Below, piece by piece: positions 12,805 through 23,255 of a stretch of 64,000 nucleotides of DNA. A program made the position numbers and the translations under genes. Numbering within the stretch: the stretch's first letter is position 1; each line of letters starts with the position of its first letter. Origin of the DNA: Tricharina praecox (Eukaryota); NCBI RefSeq assembly GCF_024521635.1, contig NW_026250434.1, positions 62,001 through 126,000 of the forward strand. Reading direction: 5' to 3'. The notes below the pieces were generated by a model. The model saw only the letters and a list, made by a program, of their open reading frames with translations. It was not told the DNA's origin and ran no database searches.

Positions 12805-15800
12805 ATCCTCTAGGGTCGGGAGTGTCGGAGGGCCGTTATCGTCGTGGTATCGATAGCCGTAATCACTTCTCGCTTCTTGTTGGTGTTCCTCCACTTCCTC
12901 GTCGTCGTCCTCGGTCTCGTCCTCGGTATCCTCGTCGGTGTCGTCGAAATCGGTATCGTGGGCGGTGTCTCGCGCGGGCGATATGGGGTGCTGCAGGGCA
13001 ATGGGCTGAAGCGGTGCGACGAGACTGTCGTGGGGGTTGTTGCGGCTGCTCCAGTTGCTCTTGCTCCAGCTGCTGCTGCTGCCTTCGCCGGCAGCTGGCG
13101 GAGTAGATGAGGACGACGTGGTTACCGGCAACGGGAGGTTTGGATGTGGTTTCCTGGACTGCGAGGAAGGAGGCCACGGTTGTGAGGGTGGCGCGGACGC
13201 TCGATCCTTGGTAATATCCACCTTGGGCAAGCTTGCTGGGTAGCAGCAACAGCAAGTGCGTTGGAGCAGTAGTAGTAGAAGGGTGGTAGTGGAGGTGGAG
13301 GTGGTGTACGTAAGATTCTGTTATCTAGAAGGAGGTCGAATTTCTGAGGGGGGAGGGGGGGGCAGGCTTCTGGGGGCTGGAGGGGTGAGATGGTGGAGGT
13401 GGTAGTTGAGGTGGTGGTGGTGGTAGTAGTAGTTGGTGGGTGGGTGTGGGCGGGTGGGTGTGGGCGGGTGTTCGGTCAGTTGTTAGAGAAAAGGGATGTC
13501 GTAGCAGTAGCCAGTGAGTACTTAGTTCAGTAGTGCGTGGTGGATGACTACCTAGCAGGATAGAGTGTAGCAACGATGAAAGTGTGGCACCCACCCGGCT
13601 TCAGTCGAGTTTGGATTTTTTTTACACACGAGGAGACGGTAAAGCTAGACGACGACTAGGAATACTAAGTTCTCCAGCAGGTGCCTGCTTACTTACTTGG
13701 TTGCTTAGCAGCGGGAGAAAAAAAAATTGTAGTTATAAACGTACTCACGCTCAAAATAGCGACAGAGCATTTATCGGAGGTGGGAACTTGTAAGGGGTGG
13801 TCTTGCAAGTTGCTTGCCTGCTTTCGAAAGGGGGGGCCAAAGAGCGGCGGGCGGATGACTGGGGGGGAGGGGGGATTTGCGTGGTGGGTTATGGGAGAGT
13901 AGCGGGTAACTGGGAGAGAATTGGGAGGGGGGACGAATGGAGAAAGGGAGGATGGGGAATGGAGGCTATTGAGAAGGTATGAAGACCAGGTGTGGATTGC
14001 GTGGATGCGTGGATGGGATGGGATGGGATTTGGTGGGATTTGGTGGTGGAGGAGGGCAGCGCACGCGCGGATGGGGAGCTATCTGCTCTAGGTACTCAAG
14101 GTACTCTAGGTACTATCATATGTAGTACCTGGGTGCGACTGTGTGTGCTTATGTACGTACATACGAGCGCAGATATGATTGATCGGTGGTGGTCTTGAAG
14201 CCAAAGTACCTACTGCAGAGCTGACACTCTCTGCCAGGCACACCCTCCAGAATGGCGAGCAAGAGTTACTTGGTTACCGGATTGCGTGGATGGTTGGTTA
14301 GCACGAGTGCTCTTGCAAGGAGCGTATGTGGGTGGGGACGGGGGACAGAGACTAGGAAGAGTAGCGAGGGAAGCGAGGTAGCGACTGGGTGATTCGGCAG
14401 CAGCAGCAGCGATATGTATGATGGTGGTGGTGGTGGGAAACTCACATGCGGATGGGTGGGGTGGGGGGAGTTATGTGGCTGATGTGAGGCGGAGAAGCGG
14501 CGCAGCATACTCTACGATAGTTAGAGTAGGGCGGGCGGAGTGGGTGGGTGAGTGGCAGTTGACGATGCTGCGTGTGGCCGCCGCAGCCCGCAACATCACA
14601 TTGCACAGCTACTATACCGTACGCACTTTAAACGCACATGGCATTTCTTACATGTGTAGATAAAGACCTGCCCCCCCTCGGCTTCGTCTTCTTCTTCCCC
14701 TTCTTCTTCTTCTTCGTCTTCATTCGTTGGGTTCCTCGGCTTTTCATTTCGATCCCACTATCCACAGTCTCCGCCCATCGAGACGAACGAGACGAGCGAG
14801 ACGATAATTGACTGGACGGTTAGTCGGAGTAATCTGTTGACATCATTCACTTTAATAGAGCTGGGCTGGTCCATCGTTCCATCGTTCCATCCGAAGGGAT
14901 AACTCGCACGACAGCTACGCACACAGCACACAGCACACAGCAACCGCCCTCGTCCAGCTTGCTTCACCAAAATCACCAAAGTCACTATGTCCACGAGGGA
15001 GGGAGGGATGGGGTGGATTCCGTTCGATGTCTTATCCAGGCCGCTGCCACGTGTGCCGTATAGGTAGGCAGCGAAGACCAACGGCGAAACATGTGATCCA
15101 TAGTAGAGGAGGCACTCTACATATTGATGGCCGCGCCTTACCGCTCCCGCTCTGTTTCGTTGTATCGTCGTCTCGACTGTTGGCACCGAGGAGTCCACGA
15201 CGTTTGGAGGTGCTGCCTTACCAAAAAAACGCGATGAGTGGTCAGAGTGGAACGAATTGCGACTCAGGCTGGAGCGGGAGGATAGATGGCGATATGGATG
15301 GCACATGTCTAACGGGACATCAAGGTGAGAGGAAGACAACAGACACCACCACGCTTCCCCCCATCCCCGTCCCCGTCTCGCACCCGTCCCCGTCCCGATC
15401 CCGCACAGACCTCTCTCCTCTCCACTCCCCTCTGCCTTCCCCTCTCCTCCGTATGCACGGGATGATAGGTCGACAAGGATCCACACGCCGTCGATCCATC
15501 CATCATCCATCTCTGCCGTGCCTCATCGACCCACCGACTTTCTCACTCACTCACCTCACTTCACTTCACTCGCTCGCTTATGTACCCGCACGCACGCACG
15601 CACGCACCCCCCAGTCCCCACCGCATGCACATGAAAGCACCCATACTCTACATACATATGCACAGTAAGTTCTTCATCTCCGAGGTTCGAGGGGGTATGC
15701 AGAGTATGCAGAGTATGTGTGCAGTTATTTGGCGGGGGGGGGGGGGCTCCTTGAACCTTCCTCGTTGCAACGGGGCTTGTACGGGGGTTTGCGCGGGAAA

Positions 15801-16839
15801 CGAGGATCCCTCCGCGTGGCATCTTCCGGCGGCGCGGCGGCGGTGAGGCGGCGGTGGCGGCGGTGGCGGCGTAAAATTAGCACACCTACATACAGGCTAC
15901 CTACCTACATAGCACCAATCTTGAAGCCATTTTGGCTGTGGCGGTTGCATGGGTGTTCGATGAAGTGGACACTTCTAATCCCGCTTCCGGACGGACTCAC
16001 TCGCCGTCACGGCGTCGTTTGGACAGTCGCGATTCGCGCATACCTAATTCTACTCTCCGAAGTATGTACTTAGCCGCCCCGCCGCGTAGGTAGTACCTGC
16101 TTTCTAGATAGTAAACTTGATACTTGTACATACAGTGGTAAAAAATATGGGCTGCTCGGGACCAGAGTGCAACTTGAATTGTGCAATTCCCATGTTGCTT
16201 CAGTACCGTGACAGAATTTAGCACCCAATGTAATGCAGATTCATATGAATGCGCCATGCCCGAAATCCTGTCGCGCTACCGTAGTTGTAACACTCTGTAC
16301 CGGTTTTACAATGCACATTTGTCTGAAATGCTGGTGATAAACGCCTGATTTTATGACTGCGGGAGCCGGTCTAAATGCTGCATTTACAGGCAGGATGCCC
16401 GATGCCTTCAATACATAATCATTTACCCTCCGTAGTGCGATGGCTATCATAATACTAGGCAGCGAAACTAGATGCGGCAATCTTTAGAATGCCGTTTTCT
16501 TGACATACTAGGTACTAGGTACCGCACCGTACGAATGGTTGCAGCATTCTTGGCGATTACCAACATAAAGGCAAATGCTCAGGTACGACGACTGCTGCAT
16601 AGAATTAGGATACCGTCTCCTCCTACAGCTACATACAACGGTTACCGCCGATCACACTCCATCACATCCTCACGATGACAAGTCCTCCTCGCTGACAATT
16701 CCTCCTCTCACACCACCCCTCCCTCACTTTCCCCTCGCTGACAACTCCTCCACCCGCTGAAAGCTCCTCTGTCACTTCCTCTGTCACTTCCTCCATCACT
16801 ACCCCCCTCACAGATAGCTCCTCCACTTCCTCTCGCTGA

Positions 16840-16921
16840 CAGCTCCTTCTCCCTTCACAGACCACTCATTCACCCGCTAACAGCTCCTTCTCCCCTCACA
16901 GACCACTCATTCACCCGCTAA
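16840..16921. repeat. 41-bp tandem duplication
   Basis: cagctccttctccc(t/c)tcacagaccactcattcacccgctaa occurs twice with one mismatch. Confidence 0.9.
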
Positions 16922-17928
16922 CAGCTTCTCCTCCGACTGACAGCTCCGCCATAACCCGCCGCGGATTCAGCACTGGTTGTGCTGTGAATACCCCCACTCC
17001 CTCTCCCCCCTCCCCCTCTCCCCCCTCCCCCCCTCTCTACTGCTACTAGGCGTTTGCCCTGCTAGACCTGCAGCTGATACAGCACTGGATTCGCCTAAGA
17101 AATGCGCTCTCACTTTTACACAGACGCCTAAGAATTATCCTCGCCGCAGCTCTCCTCTGTCATAGCTCCTCCCGCCGCAACTGCTACTCCTCTTGTATCT
17201 CCTACTCCCGCCGCAACAGCTACTGCTACTCCCACCGCAGCTCCTACTCCCACCGCAACTGCTGTTCCCCCTCCCGCTGCTACTACTATTCCTCCCGCCG
17301 TAATTCTACTCTTGCTGATGTTCCTCGGTTTTTATAGCTCTTCTGCCCGCATCTCTACCCTCGCCCTAGCTCTACTCCCGCCGCAACTATTACTCTCGCC
17401 GCGGATGCGGATACAGCACTGGCTGCGCTGTGAATATCACCCACTCACCACTGCTGCTCGCCCAGCTGGCCCCTCTGTGATTATCCACCCCCCCCCCTAC
17501 TGCTACTGCTACTCCCGCTGATAGCTCATATCTCTTATAGCTAACTCTACTCTGGCCGCACCTCTACCCTCGCTGATAGCTTCTCTCTCATAGCTTTTCT
17601 CGGCGCAACTCTCCATTCCCCTCGGCGCAATACATCAACTTGGCACAACACATCCACTTGGCACAGGCGGCCAAAGCCCGGGAGTAGAAAGAATATTAAA
17701 TAGTGAAGGAAGTAGATAGAATACTAGATAGAAGTTCAATGCGAGACACACTGGATTACTGCATACAAATCGGCCCGTAGTGATATAAAATCTCCATTCA
17801 CCCCGGTACTATAGTCATAAAATACTGAGATTGAACTAATGCTCTTATCCACTGATTGCACATCGCACGTAATATTGTCTTTTGCCGAGTAGAAAATTCC
17901 AGTTGATGCTGTATTGGTCTAGTAAGGC

Positions 17929-18170
17929 TATGAGAGTTGTGCGAAGACGCATGCATTTGAAAGCCAGCATGCTGCCATACCAATCTGGAAAGTTTATGAG
18001 CTTTGTGTGAAAACGCATTCGTTTGAATGCCACTATGCTGCCATAGCGATCTGGGAAGGTTATGAGCGTTGTGGGCATTTGAATACCAGGATGCTGCCAT
18101 ACCGATCTGGAAAGTTTATGAGCTTTGTGCGAAGACGCATTCATTTGAATGCCAGCATGCTGCCATAGCG
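17929..18170. repeat. 66-bp minisatellite, about 3.8 copies
   Basis: Units start at 17929, 17995, 18061 and 18117 with TATGAG. The third unit has a 10-nt deletion. Confidence 0.9.
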
Positions 18171-19407
18171 CAAATAAAATCAAATAACAGGATAATTCAC
18201 ATCTATCGGTACCGACGTGGCAATGCGCATTGCTTTTCTCAGTATAATCAATTTTTGGCCGTAAAGATTCCGCTGTTTTTGGATTGCCTCCAATCATTCT
18301 ACTGCTGCCTGGGCCTGGTACTGCCTCCATACCGATCAGCCCTAGTTGTTTACCACTGTATCCAGCACAGCACCGCCGTCGCCGCTTCCGTCCGTACCAG
18401 TTCCTTCCTTCCTCCCTTCATTACGTAGAGTAGAGTACGTAGAGTACGCTTTCAGATCGATCCGTTCGTGGCGGAAAGTTGAAACATCCCTGAGATGGGA
18501 CATTGGGACTGTGTGACTGGCAAATGGGGTCCGGATGGGGGATGAGAGAGTGAGAGAAAGAGAGAGAGTGAGTGGGTGAGTGAGAACATCAACCTAGACT
18601 GCCTATGGCGACCTCAAACCCGACTTTTCCTGTCAGCTCGTATAGAGGAAGATCTATCGCCATCAGCCCGTTGGCTACTGCAGCAAGGTCGGGATGGTGC
18701 TGGAATGAGTGAAGCTGCGGGCGAGATCGTGTGCGGGGGCTAGGTACATAAGTTGGAGATGTTTTGCACTCTGAAATTTTTGATTATGAGTGCTCTCTCG
18801 TGGGTGCAGTGAGTTCTCAGACTGCTAGGTATAAAAGAACAGTAGGTATCTCTTGCTCCTGCCAGGAAGAACGAGGGCGGATGGTATGTACAAGCTCATG
18901 ATCGTACCGTAGATTGGCAGGCTCGGATGCCACTGAGGCTTACTATCGTGTGTCGTAGGTAGGTTGAGTGACCATTGTTGTGAGAATGCAACTTCATACA
19001 AAAGGAAATATCACCAGTTCCAAGCCCTCGAACTTATAGCTGGTTCGGACTTCAATAGACGCTGGTGTCAGGCCCGCTTCAGAAATTTGGTCAATGGCCA
19101 GCGCGCTGACTATTTCATAAAGCTATCCAGTCATAAAGCAGACTTTAATAAGAGAGCATCACTCGAATATATACGACACATCATCCACAGATCTTGAGTA
19201 TTTGCGTTTAGCAGCGAGTGATCATTAATGAACCAAGCCCGATGTGGCTAGCCTAATCACGCCTACCGCTAAACTTCTTCGCGCCTCAGGCAAATCCCAG
19301 AAAATTTATCGCAGGCACGAACTCACACAGTTTGTCCATAACCCAAACCCGCTCGTGCACCCTCGACCACAACCACAAATACGACCATAACTTACGGACT
19401 GAGAGTC

Positions 19408-22364
19408 ATGTCGGTCTCCCTCTCGGCGCCATACACCGTTTTCCCGTTGTCTCTGCCGCTACACCAGACAAGAGCCAAAGACAAGGACGGTTCCAGTTAC
19501 CGGTCGTGCTACACAGCGCCAGTCGAGTCCCGAAAGCGGAAACGAACCAATGGCGGCAGTGAGATCGCCACGGCGGTGGACGGCGAGGGCGTGAATATCT
19601 ATGATGTGAATCCAGCACTGCTCCTGTTTCTGCGGCGGCGGTAGTAGTAGTTACTGACCTGCAATTCTCGCAGGTACGGTCGACGCAAACCATCTCATCC
19701 TACGCCCTCCCGCCCGCAACAAAGTTTGCGTGCGCCCCCACCTCTATCGTCACGAAGACCTCAAAGACCGCGACGTTCCGACGCACCTACGCCGCGCTAT
19801 CCGCCCCCAAGAAGCAGCTCGTGTGCTGGGAGGAGACAAGTGACGGCAGCAGCCGCGAGGAGGGGACGGAAACGCCTGTGCAGTACTACTCTACCGCGGG
19901 TGTCTCTACGCAGGAAGTCATCTACATACAAGACCTGAGCGCGATTGCGCAGCGCGGGAAGCTGAAGGATGAGCGTGTTGACAGTGGGCTGTTGACGGTT
20001 TATGCAGATGGTCACATACGGTTCTTCTCGGAGGACCTGCAGAAATGTTACTGGGATTTCGTTATGCCAGAACAGAAGATTGAGGGTACTAGTGTCGTAT
20101 ACGCTGCTTTGGCGAGCTCGACGGCTGCACGCAAGGCGATCTTCAGCAATCGGTCCGATATTGCGATTGCGGAGGGCGCTGATGATGCGGTGCTTCTGAT
20201 TGTGACCAAGCGCCCCGCGGCGTACACGGTCCAGTTCGTTACTGTCCCTGTTGTCGCCGGAAAGAAGAACCCAAGAGAACTGATTTCGCTGCCGCTTCCG
20301 ACTACTGGCAATGTTGCGAAACTGTTTAAATCCACGTTCTCGGTGCATTTCCCTACCGGAACGCTTTACCAATTGTCTGCGGAAAACCTTACAACCTACG
20401 ATCTGGTTCCGTCTCGGCCGACCATAGCGACGACTCTCCCCATCAAATCCTCCTCGATTCCCGGGGTGCACCCAACGTCATTGCTTCGGATCTCGTCCTC
20501 GACCGTACTGGTGGCTACGAATGAAGAGATTACACTTTACGACACCAAGTTTTCGTCGCTGCAAGCCAGTGTATCCATCCAGGATTCCAACCCTTCAACC
20601 GCAATTTCACGTGCTTCGACCCCCGCCTCGGCCCTGGTGGGTGCCAGCTCGATCGGAAGCGTGTTCCTCACCACCTACATCCAGGATATGGACCTCGTCA
20701 TGGGTTACTCTCAGAGCGGCATTGTTGGGATCCAGCTTACACGTTCGCGTGCGGAGACGAAGGAAGGACTGCTGATTGACTCCCTCGGCCGGGGTATCGA
20801 CGGAGCGGGTATTGCAGCACCTTACAAGACTGGGAGATCAGGCCATTTCCTCGTGAGAAGACAAGAGAGTGAGAAGCAAATGGCAGAGGGGGTTTTCAAG
20901 CAGCTGCGGGAGGCTAAAGCATCAAAAAATGTGGTTGCGTTTGAGGTTGCGTTTGCGGAGTATGTTGGAATTCAACTTGGACAATCGGAGAAGCCCTCCA
21001 CCGATGGGGAGGACGCTGCCATGGTGGACGTTGATGGGAAGGATGGGTCTGCACCGGATAAGGAATCTATGGCTCTTGCTAGGCGCGAGGACTCGGCGGT
21101 TGACGGTAATATCGAAATCCCCGAGAGCGCCCACAAGACTTTACGCACCGATTTCGTCGCGGCTGTGTTGTCCATGATTTTTGAGGTTACGGAGTCCAAG
21201 GAGAAAGAGCAACAGATGATCATAACCATGTTTCCGCCCAATGCGCTCCGCTACCTCCTGGAATCCGGGAACTTTTCGACACTTTTCTTACCGCTCAAGG
21301 AGGGACTGATGAAGGCGCTGCTAGCTCATGATGGAACTTTGCGAACTCTGCAGTGGTTCCTCACCACGCTGACGGACCTTCCGGTGGCCGAGATTCTGAC
21401 CGCTCTCGAGCTGGCGCTGTCGCCGACAACATCGGTACCAGAGGGCGAGACGTCTGTGATCTTTGAGATCCATCGCGCCGAGATCGTCCGGGTTACGTTG
21501 CTACGGCTCTCCACTTTCCCCGCATCGACGATCATCAAGTCTCTCCGTGCCCTCACCAGCGATGCCATCATGTTGCTCATCCGCCTGCTGGAAAACGAGC
21601 TCCTGTGCGAGGAATCGGACGAGCCAGGCCAGACCATAGGCATCGAAGACGTTCGCATTGTCGCTGATCTTCTTACGTGCGCCCTCGATGCGGTGGGAAT
21701 GTCCGGGCTGGTCATGACCGAGACCCCCGATATGTTACTCGGACTCATGGAGAACGTTGAGGAGGCGCTGGACATGGTTGAGCAGGCGGCGGATCTGAAG
21801 GGGCTTATGGAGGAACTTTTCCGCCATGTTGACTGGAAAAACGTTGTTAATGCGCCCCCGGCGCCACCCGTACAAGAGCAAGAAGAGGCGCAGGACGAGG
21901 AGGCCGCTGCTGAAGAACCAGCTCTCGCCATCGCCGAAGCCACCAGCATGGAAGCCACACCTGCCCGGGCACCGACGACATCGAAGGCCGTCACGATCAA
22001 GAAACAACCTGTCGCTCTCCGCAAGAACCAGCAAAAGCGCCGCCGCGAACGCTTCGCAGTCGCCCGCACGATAGTCGGCCACAAAAATATGCTCTCCCGT
22101 GCAACCGCCGTCAGCAAATCGGAGATGATCAAACAGGACCGGCCAGTGGCACTATCCACCGCTAAGGGAGTATCCCCCATCCTTCCCCTCGGCGCACTCG
22201 CGCTCCGAAGGATTGTCGATCCGCTAGTTGGAAAGGAGTTCATGCTCTCGGGAGAAGTCAACAAGCCCAAGGCGAAGGGTGGCAGGAAGGAGACCATGAA
22301 ACGCGAATACTGGAGGGAGGGGCTCGCCGCTGGCGCGTATAGTGTCGAGAGTATGGTTGTCTAG
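19408..22364 (+). CDS. UTP8: U3 snoRNA-associated protein Utp8 (t-UTP/SSU processome)
   Basis: N-terminal EIATAVDGEGVNIYDV..SYALPP...FACAP beta-propeller signature, LYDTKFSSLQA, and C-terminal GAYSVE. Intron 19606-19673. Confidence 0.8.
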
Positions 22365-23255
22365 ACGGAAGAATACTTGGGTGTATAATATTTATTTGTT
22401 GTGGCGCTTGTTTCTGTGTGCTTGGGGGATAAAAGTTGTGGATTGATTGTGCTCGTGGTTGGTTACTCCTGTTTACATGTATGTATCGTCGAGGAGAGGA
22501 GAAATGCATGTCTTCTCCAACGACGAAAGTGAGATGTGAAATTCTCCGGCGGACAACCACTCAAGTACTCATAATACGTAGGAACTTGGGTAAATACGAC
22601 ACGTTCTACGACCAGTTGCTTTTTCTTGAATTTCGGACCACAAGAAATCCACCAGATCTTAATCATGCCCTCCACGCACCTTTGTGGGCCCGTGAAACAA
22701 TTTCCAGCCACAGATTGTGGTGCTAAGTCATGACCTCGTGACGAAGGCTGTGGCTTGGCCGCTATGCGCGTTTACCCATCTGAACATTCTAACCGAAAGC
22801 ACGCGTCGCTGGCGGCACTTCGAGCCAGGAAAGGGAAGCAGTCGAGTGAAGAGAGTACTCTACTGTCCATTGAATTCCCGGGTCCATTTCCTATTCTCTC
22901 TCTCTCCCTGTCCCTCCATTACCTTTTTCCTTCCATTTCCTCGTCGTCAGTCTCAGTCCCTTCAGCTCTACTTAATTCTCTTTGCTTTACCTTTCAATTC
23001 TCTATAGAGACCGTTTTCTCTAGTTAGATACCGTTTTCTCTAGTTAGATACCGCATCCACCACAAGCCAGCAGACCGCGTCCTGCTGCAAGTCCAGTGGT
23101 AGCCAGCCAGTTGAGCCTCGTCGCGACTTCCTCGGAAATCTTCACGCGCCAGCACAACCAACCAATCCAACCGAGGACTTCTTGCACTTCTTTCCATACA
23201 CTCGGAGCAGACAGAAATTTGCGGATGGGTGTGAATTAACGAGAACTATACAGCC

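Larger units (their letters stand above)
16131..18360. mobile_element. Putative non-autonomous/degenerate Tc1-mariner-type DNA element
   Basis: 16131-16160 (tacagtggtaaaaaatatgggctgctcggg) matches the reverse complement of 18331-18360 (tacagtggtaaacaactagggctgatcggt) at 24/30 positions. Both ends read TA+CAGTG. The interior is repetitive and has no transposase ORF. Confidence 0.6.

Noticed and set aside
14758..15668. Overlapping 250-aa and 213-aa ORFs
   Set aside because: Non-ATG or low-complexity, no domain and no codon bias.
17929..18170. 66-bp repeats as a pheromone precursor or CRISPR array
   Set aside because: No signal peptide, no regularly repeated KR sites, frame broken, no unique spacers, and a eukaryotic context.
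19379..19389. ATACGACCATA resembling the 5S rRNA 5' end
   Set aside because: The match stops after 11 nt; this is the UTP8 leader.
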